A stretch of 64,000 bases of DNA from Eledone cirrhosa (taxonomy: Eukaryota). The stretch spans positions 182,962,001-183,026,000 of the forward strand of contig OZ024741.1 in the NCBI GenBank assembly GCA_964016885.1, written 5' to 3'. Shown piece after piece: positions 12,241 through 25,270 of the stretch. Under the pieces are notes generated by a model. That model did no database searches and had not been told where the DNA came from. It saw only the letters and a list, made by a program, of their open reading frames with translations. Both the position numbers and the translations under genes were made by a program. Position 1 is the stretch's first letter, and the number at the start of each line of letters is the position of its first letter.

Positions 12241-13320
12241 TGGGGGAAAATAATGTTCATTATCAACAAATATGAAATCCCAATACTTGATAAATACCTG
12301 TTAGTGATCATTTGGACTAATTCGCAGCAAATAAATTCATGAAATACCAAATTTTCTCATTGTAGCAATGTACCGACAATACTACTAATCAAATATGGAT
12401 GAATAAAGTATATTTATTAAGAAATATTAAAATCCTGTCGAAATAGAATATGATTATTTACTTAAGACAGCTTTATATGGAAAAGTGCAGGACTTCAAAT
12501 GTATTTTCCCAACATCTATCCAACATGCAGATATGGCAGATTACATACAACATAGAAAAGATATAGTGTCTAAAATAATTAATCAAAATACTTCTATTTT
12601 TAACAATCCACCTCTGCTTCGATACATCAAAATCAACTATTTTAAAAGGTTCCTACTTATATTAAAACTTTCCAATGTAATTTTATATAAGAACATTTTG
12701 TTGTGTTGAAATACCATCTGAATAAAATTATAGTTTTAGTAAAGCCTTCACAAAATCTTAGTTAAAATACAAAGTATTTTATTAGAAATATGGTAACAAA
12801 TGGGTTAATGCAATTTGCAGTTATTTGATTTGTAGCCTTTTACCCAGGGCATAACATGAATGATAGGACAAGGGGGGATAAATAAGCCAAGAATGTTTAT
12901 GTGGACATGACGTGAGACCAGCCAGTTCTAAGGAGCAGAGGTCATAGCAATAGCATTCGAAATGACAAAGAAGACATCTGTGGACCAGGGTTTAAATGTG
13001 TCAGTTGAATGGCTTTTCTCTGGTGTCTGTCTATAGCACCAATACCATTCCAAGTATTAAAGCAATACTCCATTGAATCTCACCTGAGCTTTGTAATGGA
13101 TCAGTAATTGCTGGATGTTGAAGAATTCCCTGATTCTGGAGAGAAAGGCAACTCTTTGTAAAGGTTATTATTATTATTATTTTTTATTTTTATATGTATG
13201 TAAACTCATTACGTTTAGGTCTGCTTTTTTTCTATGCTTGCAAGGATTGGGAAGAGACTTAGTGAAGCGGGTTTTCTATGGTTGGATACCCTTCCTGACA
13301 ACAACCCAATTTTAAGATGG

Positions 13321-13361
<41 letters not shown>

Positions 13362-13633
13362 TTTTCACTAAGCAAATTCATGCAATAATGCACTTAAGAA
13401 TGGACAAGTACCATAATATACTGAATTATACTGTTTCCTTGCTGACAAGACAACAAAAATAATCTAAGTGGATGATCAACATGTTAGAAATTTCAGCCAA
13501 ATCGTCCTCAAATCACAGTGCCAGTTCAGATTAGTGCAATATTTAGTGTTGGCAGAAATGCCTTGTGGTATTTGTTACCACCTCTTACCCTTTCTGAGTT
13601 CAAATCTTGCTGCGGCTTACTTGTGTGGTGGAC

Positions 13634-13839
13634 TTAAACTTTTAGCATTTAAACCAACCGTATCCAGCCAGAATGATTTCACCTCTTTCTGTTCAAACAG
13701 ACTGCTCATACCTATGTTAAGGTATTGTTCTCAAAATTAATAATATCAAAATCTCGTAGATTCAATATTATGTGAAATAAAGTATTTGCTGTGAAAATAC
13801 AACAGTAAATATAGAGTAATGTAAATGCTAAAGGGTTAG
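13634..13839. mobile_element. piggyBac-like MITE (degraded)
   Basis: TTAAACTTTTAGCATTTA ... TAAATGCTAAAGGGTTAG: inverted ends resembling TTAA-CCC...GGG-TTAA. Related ...AATATGGTAACAAA(A/T)GGGT ends at about 1240-1262 and 12781-12808. Confidence 0.5.
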
Positions 13840-14986
13840 TGTATTACCCAGTTTAACAAACACCACTAGGGCCTTGTGTTGCAAGCATTCCTATCAGGTC
13901 TCCGGTTTGAGGATAGTTTCTTTTCTCTCTTCCTCTCAACTAAACAATAAAAAAAAAGGCGTATTAGGTAATGTAGTCCTAGATAGATAATGACGAGAGA
14001 GAGGGGGATAATTGCAGTTGAATCGCTTTCAACTAAGTCTACTAAGGACTAAACAACCGGTATTACTGATTAATGAATTGAAAAGAAAACGAGTACATTT
14101 TTAAAAATATATTCTAACGGATCAGCTTCTTTTCTACCCAAATACTGTGACACTCCCATCCATCTCTCTCGTGTGTATTTTCAATAAAGGAAATAGCACA
14201 GCTGGCGAACACTGATCCCGAAAATTGTCGTTTATAATTCATAAATATGGAACGTTATCAGAGACATAATCGAGATAGTAACTAGTTTCATTATTTAAAC
14301 AAAGAAAATAAATAAACATTTTTTTTTTAATGTTTACATATTTTCATTGTGTAAATGTGAAGAATGAAGATTACTTCAGTTCTTAAAATACTTGACTTCA
14401 ATTAATCAATGTGAAGGCTAAATTTTAGAATAATCGATATAATACAAATGAAAGACCATTGGAGTTGGATACTACTGGGAGATGTGGGCTAAAATACTGC
14501 CAAATGTATCACCAACGGTTCAGCCAAATAATTTACTATCTCGATTATCGCCTAAATATTTCATACTTAGAATCGAGATATCAATTCTTGGGATTAATAT
14601 TTGCCAGTTTGTTGAGACAAAGAAAATACCATATTTATCGTATTAGGCGACATAATGAAAATATGGTTTTCGGTGAAGATAGCATGTCGACATCCAGTTT
14701 CTCACATCTAATTTCGTACTCTCGTGGCTTTGGTGAGCTTTCAACACTAATTGAACTATTTTTTTAATCATCATCATCATTGTTACAATTATGAAAATAA
14801 CAAATTCCTGTTATCGGTACGAAGAAGCCTCTACCAGACCACCCGCTAGAAATAGCAGCCAAACCTCCTTCATATCACCCAATCGTCTTTTAAAAAAAAG
14901 GGAAATAGCATTAAATAATCTAGTTAGTTGTTCCTAGATAGTCTGAAAAAGATGACAATTTCAATGTGTGTGTATGTATATGTATG

Positions 14987-15024
<38 letters not shown>

Positions 15025-15121
15025 TAACAGATTAAAGTTTAAGCAAAGAATCACTGCTTTCACCCTTTGATATATATTTATCGAGCCCTCTTTGGATTTT
15101 AGTCTTCAAATTTATTATTAT

Positions 15122-15175
<54 letters not shown>

Positions 15176-15794
15176 ATTGATGTTTAATGTATTTACTTTT
15201 AAACTCAAAGCAAAATTGACACTGAGCTGAATCTATTTTGATTGGAAGAGAGAGGTGACTTGTACTATTAACAAGAAAATAACGAAACGAATTAATAAGG
15301 GGACTCCATGCGACAACAGAGCTAATATTAAAGGATAAGACCTGTTGGTGGGGAGTAGAGAGGCCTGATCAACAATATCCAAAGCACACACATATATATA
15401 TATATATGTATATTTAATGTGGAGGGAAAGTATTCAAAAATTCAATGTATCTTATTTGTTCACTTGCTGTAAATAAGCTTCATAGACGAAATATTCAAGA
15501 AATAAATATATATTCACTCAAGTAAAGTTCCTTTGTAAGCTACTATATAGTGGGCGATATACATATAAGTGTGTGTGTGTGTGTGTGTGGTTTCCTTCGA
15601 ATGAAACAGTTCTAGTCCTGTAGAAGCTATTTCTATATTGAATATTGTATATACCCTATGAATTGAATACATTACTGTGGTTACCCCCGATTGAATCCGG
15701 GATACACACACACACTCTCTCAAGCGTGAAACTAATACTACTATCATTTGTACTGCCTCTTCGTTTTTCTGTTTTTTGTTCTGTTTATTTATTA

Positions 15795-15825
<31 letters not shown>

Positions 15826-17095
15826 GCTGTCTGGGCAAAACGACATCATAAAATCACAAATAATCAACAAATTTACATTCAATAGGTAGTTACAATCAAT
15901 TAATGAATAGTAAAAGTGCCAAAAAAAATTACACGAAAAGAATTTCTTAAGACTACAAGAGTACTTCAACAGACACCACTAGAAACCGCAAAAATGATAA
16001 CGGTTTTGCCTTGAACGTATGTATATATCACACACACATACGAGCATAAATGCACCTAAGAATATGAGACAGGTCTCAATTAATAGGGTGCTGGCATCTG
16101 GGAAGAGAAGTGGATGTGAAGGGGGGGGGGGGGTACTCTGAGCAAGGTTGCTGTTATAACAAGCAGCAAACAAGGAGGGAGAGGAGAAACTGTTTATGGC
16201 GCCAATTTAGAGGCGAGGAGAACGAAGTAGTAGTAGGAGAGTGAGCAGAAGATGTAGAATGTGTATATTTTCCTAACACCAACACTACCACAAAATGCCT
16301 GGGAATTGGTATACAACTATCAATGGCGGCTTTCTGAAAGCGATATTCGAAAACGCGGAAAGAAAAAATATGAATCTGTAATTAATTAGTAATGAAATAG
16401 ATCATAATGACACTAAAGTTCACACGCACACACATACATAGAGTTTATTAAACATGATCCAAAACTAATAAACTTAATTAATTTCTATGGTATTGGATAT
16501 TCATTTCTCGCATTCGATAATACTGGCGGATACATTTTATTTATATATATTGTCTAGAATAGATTGTCTGCGTGTCTAGGAAAATCCGAATTATGTCCAT
16601 AAGAATCATTGACTGCTAAACTACAAAAATAAATAGTCGACATGACATATTGAGTGCTCTCTTCTTTGTTTGTACACCCGAATGAAACATGTGTGGCTAA
16701 AGAAAATATGAAGATTGTAAAATATACTCCAAGCCCATTTATATATCTCAGTGGACTGTATGGACAAGAGGACTGGATATAAGAGAAGAACACTGAGGCG
16801 TGAAACAGGATCAGAGAAGAACGATCCGGGTGGTTGGTATTATGACCAGGCAGAGCAGACTGGGTGTGAGGAAGGGAGGAAAAGCAATATAGAGACAGCT
16901 TTTATAGCGTGGATAGAGGGAGGGTTATAGTAGGCTTAGGATAGGATAGTCGTATGTTAAGTAGCGACAATGGGAGAGAGATCGCTCGTTATATGTACAC
17001 GCCAGTTTCACAAAGACCTGTTGTCGCAATGAAACGAAACAACGTGCGTGCTTTCATACATGTTTGTTTGGTGTATATCTCTCTCTCTCTATATA

Positions 17096-17137
<42 letters not shown>

Positions 17138-17976
17138 TACACACACAAATATGTATGTATGTAGAAGAGGGGGGATACAGAAATCTTTATCAACAAGGAA
17201 CAGAAAGAATTTTGCATGTAGCGGTATCAGTCACAACTGCACATACGATCTAAACACAGAAAAGCGTGTGCAGCATAAATTATTTCTCTCTCTTCGTTTA
17301 CAAGAGATTTTTTTTTTCATTATAATAGAAGTAAATATTAACACTATTTATTAATATATTGTAACACCGACCATCAAGACTGCTAGCTATTTCTACCTTC
17401 CCATGTATTTTTGTGTCTTGCTTTGTTACTGCAGTCCACATGGAATATAAAATATATATAAAATAGAAACAGTAAGTTCTTTATCAAGAAAGTAATTCTT
17501 TCTTTCCAGCAGTTTGGGAGAAAAAATTCAGTCCAGAGTCCATATCATCATTCATAGCAAGCGCCATATTTCGCGACCCACTTTCCAATCATAATCATTT
17601 ATGCTTCTAATTAACACTTTTTAGAGAGGCATGACCGTCACAACGAAATCAATAAACTATACCATTCACGAATTTGGACTTCGTATCGCTTTTCCCTTTG
17701 AAAAGTTACAATACATATGTCTATCGAATAATTTGGCATTAAATCATTGTTGATAAAATAAAATTACCAGGGAAGTTCTGGTGTCTATTTAATTTCTGGC
17801 TTTGTGCCCCTTATAAAACGATCGTCACCATAAAGGGCTGAAGTTTTACCGAATCTGTAGAACGCCGGGTAACCGGTCTTTTCTATTTAGTTACATCGCT
17901 TTACGGTTCAGTGCAATACTTAAGGGGAAGGGTCGATAAAATTGAGCAGCCTCAAATACTGGGGGTCCATGTAATC

Positions 17977-18014
<38 letters not shown>

Positions 18015-18025
18015 GTTTATTTTGA

Positions 18026-18518
18026 AAGATTCTTGATGTGAAACCGTGTTATATTTGGAGTGGATTGGCAGTATCGGTAGAGGGTCGGACGCCATGCTTT
18101 CCAGCATAGTTATGTCCCTTTACGATCTGAGTTCAAATCCCGCCGAGGTTGACTTTGCCTTTCATCCTTACGGGGTCGATAAAATAAAGTACCAGTAATG
18201 CACTGGATAATTGCTGGCCTTGTGCCTAAAGTAGAAACAGTTATATTTGGAGATGATCATGATGTTGCCGTTAAACAGACGCACTATTTGTTTTCACTTC
18301 AGTTTTATTATTAGTTTGTTCGTCACACATTACGCGACCTCCTCGACGTCTGTTTGTTTTCTCATGTTTCCTCTTTCTGGTTTAGTTTTTTTTTTATTCC
18401 AGAATGTGTGACGAAAGAATTTTGACGAACTAATAACTAATCGTAAAGCTGAGGCGAGAATCAACTAGTGCGTGTATTTTCTATTGGTAATATTGACAAT
18501 ATGACTATTTCCAAATAT

Positions 18519-18520
<2 letters not shown>
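18026..18520. mobile_element. inverted-repeat-bounded non-autonomous element with nested SINE
   Basis: TTATATTTGGAGATGATCAT ... ATGACTATTTCCAAATATAA inverted ends; same family as 51444-52035 in the opposite orientation (shared AAGATTCTTGATGTGAAA flank and TTCTTTCGT(C/A)ACACATTCT). Confidence 0.6.
18060..18239 (+). mobile_element. SINE family A
   Basis: Full consensus; 13-bp TSD GTTATATTTGGAG at 18048-18060 and 18240-18252. Confidence 0.95.
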
Positions 18521-18559
<39 letters not shown>

Positions 18560-19024
18560 TGTGTGTGTGTAGCCTTGCAAGAAATTATTTTGACCTACTT
18601 TGACAGAGCAGACCTATGGTAAAGACATTCTAGCCGTGGCCACTCCAACTATTTAAGGCAATAATGTTATCTAAGGTATCCTTTCATTTTAAAACGGTCG
18701 ATGATGTCATTTCAGGGAAACTTAGCTTCTATTTCTAGCAAGTGCAACAAGCGATTACGCTTTCATATACAAATTTATTAGATAGATATACTAATTACCT
18801 CTCTGGCTCCCCCTTCATCTCTACTCAGAATTCTTGAGACAGTTTACAGTAGACAGAAATGGTTAGAACAGTTGCTCACTCGCTGTGAATTTAATGTAAA
18901 AGGTCAGGCAAAATGCTTTCATCGAACATGATAAATGGGAACCTGTTTTCAAAGCGATAATACCGCCACTGCACAACAGTATTTTCCACTGCAATATGAA
19001 ATGGGGTTTGGTGGTGGTAATGGT

Positions 19025-19557
19025 AATAATTGTTTCTATATTTGGCACAAGGCCAGCAATTATCCTAGTGTATTACTGGTACTTTATTTTATCGACCCCG
19101 TAAGGATGAAAGGCAAAGTTAACCTCGGCGGGATTTGAACTCAGACCATAAAGGGACGTAACTCTTTGCTGCAAGGTATGGCATCCGACCCTCTACCGAT
19201 ACTGCCAATCCACCGTAATAATTGTTTCTACTTTTGGCACAAGGCCAACAATTAGAAGGGAAGGGAGGAAAGTCGGTTATATCAACCCAGTGCATTACGG
19301 GTACGTTATTTTATCAACCGCGGAATGATGAAAGGCAACCTATTTTGTCCGATGCTTTCACGATTTAGTCAAATAATTGTTTCTACATTAGGCACAAGGC
19401 CAGCAATTACTCAGTGCATTACTGGTACTTTATTTTATCGACCCCGTAAGGATGAAAGGCAAAGTCAACCTCGGCGGGATTTGAACTCAGATCGTAAAGG
19501 GACGTAACTATGCTGGAAAGCATGGCGTCCGACCCTCTACCGATACTGCCAATCCAC
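19025..19557 (-). mobile_element. cluster of three SINE family A copies (19025-19214, about 19218-19340 partial, 19372-19557)
   Basis: Three same-orientation matches to the consensus; the middle copy is more diverged and carries an extra G-rich segment. Confidence 0.9.
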
Positions 19558-19691
19558 AAATAATGATGGACGTTACCTGGCTTTATAAGAGTCAGTCTTG
19601 AAGATACTAAAAAGCTTCATGGACACTACTAACCCACTGACTGAGTTATGAAAAAAATTATCATGATAATTTGTCCTTCCCAAGATACAAG

Positions 19692-20002
19692 GCCATCACA
19701 CGAACGCAATCATTAGGCCCGGAATTCAATTCCACTGCATGGCATTTTGGACAATAGCCTCGAGTCAACCCATACCTTGTGAGTGAAACTAAGTAGACGA
19801 AAACTAGAAACTCGGCGGATGGACTGTACCTGTAATTCAAAAGGCCAGTCTTGTCACACATAGTCATGCTGAATTTCCCTGAGAATTACGATAAGGAGTA
19901 CACGTGTTTATGGCATGTTCGGCCACTTACACATTAATTTCACAAGGAGACGGTTCCCTTGGTCTAAGAACAATTGGAACATTTATCATCGAAACCGACG
20001 GA
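19692..20002 (+). mobile_element. older tRNA-derived SINE (family C)
   Basis: TTCAATTCCACTGCATGGCA head and ACCTGTAATTCAAAAGGCCAGTCTTGTCACAC...ATTAATTTCAC body; homologous segments on the opposite strand at about 23571-23722, 26870-27120, 30455-30772 and 36510-36765. Confidence 0.7.
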
Positions 20003-20599
20003 TGTCCATTCCCCAACATATGATTGGTAGTTGTTTTATGAATGACCAAATAGGGAGTCCTGTATGTGGGGAAGTTCAACAGGCTAGAAATAATAGCCAC
20101 ATTTCAATCATATCACAGTCTACTGACTTATCAAAAACTAAGTTGTCGTGGCTGGAAGGCCTCTCTGATCATAAGAATTGCACTATAAGTGTTGACCTAG
20201 AGCTAAGCAACATCTTGTATATAATCGATATACAAGATAAGACAAGGAATAGTCCACAATGAGATAAAACTAAATAAATACTGTTTGACATTTGGTCCGA
20301 CAATATTTTACAGAAATATGTTGATGGTTTATAACGTTGGCACAAGGCCAGAATAGCTGTGAGAGAAAACAGTGACCTTAGCCTAGTTTTGATGAACAAA
20401 TTGGATCGTTTCATTGGCATATTCAATGTATGTGTTGTTGTTGTTGTTTTTTTTTCAATTTAGCACGCACGCTGGTGCCCAGCATGGCCACATCCCGCGA
20501 ACTGGAATACACACACGCGCGCACTCTGGAAACAGAAATGTGAACAGAATCGCCTGCGGGAACAGATACATACATAAATGTTATTGTGTTTGTGTTAGT

Positions 20600-21030
20600 T
20601 GGTTTGTGCGTCCGTCATCAACATTTTTACGCATCCAACAGAGCATGCTGGCTTCATTTCTCCTTAGCCTTCGGCGCCCATGTCTCACACTTATCATTCA
20701 GACATCATCAAATCTACCCTTCTCTTGTAGAGAAAATCCTTGAGTCGTCAATAGAGGCTGTAGCTTCCTGAACTTTTCTCATCCTGTTTTTATTCTAGCT
20801 ACTATGCTTTCATAGCAACCTCCGCCACTGCTAATTAAGTTAACTAGCTAACAAAAACTACTAACTACTTCTATGGTACCTTCCTGGGACTGGACAGTTT
20901 CTGTCACTGGTGCTCTTACTACCAACTATCCTTATGCGTCTTTTCTGTTTCCTTCCGAGAGATCCTCTACCAACTTGGTGAACCAGATTTTGATTGTATT
21001 AACTTATTTGCCTCGTTAACGGTCAGGTTT
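20600..21030 (-). mobile_element. RTE-clade LINE fragment (region C-terminal to RT), degraded
   Basis: Minus strand translates IEVVSSFC*LVNLISSGGGCYESIVARIKTG*EKFRKLQPLLTTQGFSLQEKGRF ... ETWA ... RLRRNEASMLCWM, matching RTE motifs (F.YLG...SGGG, ETW, E..MLRWM). Confidence 0.75.
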
Positions 21031-22439
21031 AGAATTTCTGCATACTTCAACCATAAATACCGATAATATCTCCTGGTTGGCTTGGCAAACAATAATTTCT
21101 TTGTGTATATTTTATTTTCTGCTCGGCATACAGGCTCGATGTGTTGTGCATAGATCAAGTTTCAAAGGGGGCGAGTCTTGACAATATTTTGAATTTCTAT
21201 GTTAATGTATACAAAATCGTATTCTCCTTCATAACGATTGACTCTGCTCCAACTCCCTTTAACCAGGCTTCTTTGAAAACGAATCCAGCACGCTTCCATT
21301 TTTTGTACTTTATGTTCTTTTGGGAGCCAAGATTGTACTCCTCGAGATCTCACACATGTTAAAGAGTGCCCCCGATACACTACTAGACCATTCCAGAGAA
21401 CAATATAACATATAGTGACAGCACCGACCGAGAAAAATATACAGACCGCATATACCGTATATTACAAGAACCAAATGCATCCCAGTTATAAAATGGGCGA
21501 ATCTGTCATTAAAAGAGTCAAAACAATATATATTGCTCCTAACCATAACACATGGTTAGAATATGATACAAAAGCATTAAAATGAAAACCCTCCTTATCA
21601 ACATGAAACCATAATGTACTGCGAATAGCCAATGTAAAATACAACTTTTAACGTAAAGATATACATCCAAGTACGACACTCGTCAATTGACCAAGCACTT
21701 ACAAAGAATTACAAAGAGCCATTGCAACACAGTACATGCAACAAAATTAGATAGAGAAATATTATTTGACAGTATTTTAATTCTATATAGAATCTGACAC
21801 AAAACACTACAATTACGGAGGTTTTAGTATTATCAAATTATCGACCAAAAATCAACAGTTACAGCATGCATGAAATCAAAATTATAAAACCTGGGAGGAT
21901 TCATTTTTTTTTTTTTTTTTTTTTTATCAGGGGTACACGATCCGTGAATATACTAATGTTATTTTTATTCTGAAGATTAAGTTGTGAATGTCTCGAAACG
22001 TTAATATAGACCTACTGAATGACAATACTAGTGTTCCAAACCAAAAGCTAATAAGGTAATATAAAAAATATTTAATAAATGAATAAACGTATGCACAGTT
22101 GTCTTTTTCAATATAACAGGATCCTTTTATATATATATACCAATGTTCCCTTGGACAACATTGGTAGCGTGGAGTGGAGTGGGGTGGAGAGAAGAGACTG
22201 GCATGCATGGGCGATCTTGCCTAGACTTGTGCTTCGGAGGGGAACTTTCTAGGTGCAAAACCCTGAACATTCGTGACTGAAGAAAGCCTACGATATAATC
22301 ATTTTATTATGACTAAATGGTGAGTCTTATTCCTCAGGAGTTTCGCCTGTTTTTCACAGGGTTATCAGACAAGAACTCTACTTCGGTATTGAGTACTCTT
22401 TTCTCTCAGACGTCAACCACATGTGTGTATATATGTATG

Positions 22440-22901
22440 TATTGATAAATTCCGACCTCACACACTTACACCTCTCCAAAACAATGTCACTGGACCGAGA
22501 TCTTTGGCGCTACGCTGTAATACAGAAGACCCGCCTTGCCTAAGTACAAAGCGAAACCTAGTCAGTAGGCACCTCTTAACCAAAATACATCCCCGTCCCA
22601 CTACCGCCATCTACACCACTCCTTTCGATGTAAAGCTATGTTGGTACCACAACATCCAGTCCTAAATAAATGAGGTCGTGTAGGTGTCACGACAAAAAAA
22701 ACACATAGTCCACGCTGTAATGTGGCCGTGTAGGTAACACGGTAAAAACCTCCCAGTCCCCACTGTAAACGTGGTTGGTGTTAGGAAGAGCATCCAGCCG
22801 TAGAAAACCTGCCAGACAGTCCCGAGCAAGACAACCAATCTTGCCTCAAATGGGACAATTCCCGTCCAGACCCATGCTAGCGTGAAAGATGGACGTTAAA
22901 C
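22440..22901 (+). mobile_element. RTE LINE 3' end (ORF C-terminus plus 3' UTR)
   Basis: LHLSKTMSLDRDLWRYAVIQKT, then GTTAGGAAGAGCATCCAGCCGTAGAAA...CCCATGCTAGCGTG...GGACGTTAAAC. The same tail lies on the minus strand at about 13209-13310, 28338-28470, 63375-63540 and 63825-64000. Confidence 0.8.
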
Positions 22902-23211
22902 ACCTAGTGTGAAGTCACAACTACAATAATCATCCATTAGGAAAAACTTGTATTGCAAGTGACTACCACTTACTGATATATAAATTCTCTCTATACAGGT
23001 CTATATCCGATGTTTGCAACCTGTATAACATATCCCAGTATGTTTTACAACTACATAATGATGATGGTGTGTGTGATGGAGAGAGAACGATTGACAAGAG
23101 AAAGTGAAAGCTTAGAAGACAAAAACAATATAACACACTATTTACAATGAATTGCTAGCTAAGTCTTCTTCCATGCTAGTATGTATGAAAGGAAGTCAAG
23201 ATCAATTGTGG

Positions 23212-23250
<39 letters not shown>

Positions 23251-23508
23251 TCATTCTCTCTCGCGCGCTTAAAAAGAGATAGTGGCGGTAGCAATAGTGA
23301 AATTGCTACTACATTCGGTCTGCCGTTTTTAACATGCCGACTGAAGGAGAGAGAGAGATAGATAGATAGACAGAAAGATAGTCATAACAATTATTCCTTT
23401 CTCAAACAGTAAAGTGCATCCAAGTCTTGTGTCGTACAACTATGATCTAGTTAAATATCCAGATATCCACGCTGGTTTCAGTCATTTGACTGCGGTTACG
23501 CTGGGGCA

Positions 23509-23567
<59 letters not shown>

Positions 23568-23747
23568 TATAACTGGCACTCCGTCGGTTACGACAACGAA
23601 TGTTCCAGTAGATACGATCAATGGAACAGCCTACTTGTGAAATTAACGTGCAATTTTAAAGTAGTTCTCAGGGAGATTCAGCTTGACACAATGTAACATG
23701 GATGACCCTTCGAATTACAGGTGTGTGTTTATACACACACACACACA

Positions 23748-24038
23748 GTGGAGGCACGTGGCCTAGTGGTAACAGTGTTGGGCTTACGATCATAATATCG
23801 TGGGTTCGATTCCTGGGCTGCGTGTTGTGCTCTTGAGCAAAACACTTCATTTCACGTTGTTCCAGTATACTCATCTGAAAATGAGTACCAGCAATAGCTG
23901 GAGGTCTAACCCTGCGATGGACTGGCGTCCTGTCCGGGGGGGGGGGGGGGGTCTTGTACTCTCAGTCGCTTCACACCATGAAACCGGGATAAGCACCGGC
24001 CAAATGAGCCTTCTGGCTTAAGACAAACTTTAGACTTT
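23748..24038 (+). mobile_element. composite tRNA-SINE with V-domain-like segment
   Basis: A-box TGGCCTAGTGG, B-box GGTTCGATTCC, family-B-like body, then CCTGCGATGGACTGGCGTCCTGTCC (resembles the V-SINE core) and an ACTTTAG-repeat tail. Confidence 0.75.
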
Positions 24039-24386
24039 TAGATACATACACACACATTACGATATTGAGTACTTTCTCTCTACTCCACTCCAGTGAATCG
24101 CCACCTCCGCAAGAATATGATGAACACGAGAGAGAAAATACTCAATTTGGTGTAGGTAGAAAAGAATTTATAGTGGGTCGCTACTCGGAGTTTTCAACTC
24201 TTATAATAATTGCATTGTTTCTTTCCAGGGACTATGTTGAAAAATAAACGTCATTTGGTCACTCCATAAGAGTATCCTGGTCAGCCTATGAAGTTTTTAG
24301 CCGACCCTCGAGTGTGTGTGTGTGTGTGTGTGTGTGTCTGTGTGTGATATGGCTTTCGTTTATTACTATTATTATCATTATATATA

Positions 24387-24563
24387 TTGGCACTATCGGT
24401 AGAGAGTCGGAGGCCATGCTTTGCAGCAAAGAGTTACGGCCCTTTATGATCTGAGTTCAAATCCCGCCGAGGTTAACTTTGCCTTTCATCCTTATGGGGT
24501 CGATAAAATAAAGTACCAGTAATACCCTGGGATAATTGCTGGCCTTGTGTCAAAAGTAGAAAC

Positions 24564-24568
<5 letters not shown>
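24387..24568 (+). mobile_element. SINE family A
   Basis: Matches the consensus; ends in (TA)n. Confidence 0.92.
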
Positions 24569-24603
<35 letters not shown>

Positions 24604-24607
<4 letters not shown>

Positions 24608-24773
24608 CGAAGGAAATGTGGTAAGGAACCAGATGGACCATAACGCACCAAAGTACTCAATACTTAGAGTAGTAGAGTGGGTAATAGGAACGAGTAGGAC
24701 CCCGACGGCTGAGCTCAAGCCGTAGCCGTCGAAACGGCTTCAGCTCAGCCGTCGGGGTCCTACTCGTTCCTAT
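24604..24773. repeat. (TA)n-flanked element with a near-perfect GC-rich hairpin (24684-24773)
   Basis: 32-bp perfect arms ATAGGAACGAGTAGGACCCCGACGGCTGAGCT plus 7 more pairs after one mismatch. Homologous element in the opposite orientation at 59125-59313 and a more distant relative at 61086-61205. Confidence 0.9.
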
Positions 24774-25195
24774 ATATATAGCGAAAATAATCCATCGGTA
24801 CGTTGGGTAGATTTGAAATTCTTAGAATATGTAGAAATACCAAACGCAGAAAATAACTAAACCACAATCGATTGCTATAAATAATAGCTTAGAAAATCGG
24901 TTAAAGACGAAAGTGGTCTCTACTTTTCTAAGAGAAAAAAAATACACACACACACACACACACAATAATATATACACGCTCCGTACAGCAAAGCTAGTAT
25001 GTTGCTCGTTAAACAGGAACTAGTTTAACCCTCTCCTATCAAAAAGCACAAAACTTGTTAGTCATCTCAGAGAAAGTGCTGTATTTAGTATCAAGTGTTG
25101 AATGGTAGTGGTCGTCTACGCATACAGTTTCAAAGTTTAATTAAATACTGAAAATAACTTAGCTTCTAAGAATGTACATACGTATTCTAGCCTTC

Positions 25196-25270
<75 letters not shown>

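Noticed and set aside
16895-16910. Minus-strand TATAAAAG promoter
   Set aside because: No initiator at the expected spacing and no downstream exon evidence; common by chance in AT-rich DNA.
19325-19507. Recurrent peptide ITGTLFYRPRKDERQSQPR in several ORFs
   Set aside because: Antisense translation of SINE family A, not a gene family.
21963-22007. Hammerhead CTGAAGA...GAAACGTT
   Set aside because: Stem II cannot form and stem I is only 4 A-U pairs; not counted among supported motifs.
23748-23820. tRNA gene
   Set aside because: A and B boxes are present but there is no cloverleaf or acceptor stem; it continues into a SINE body.
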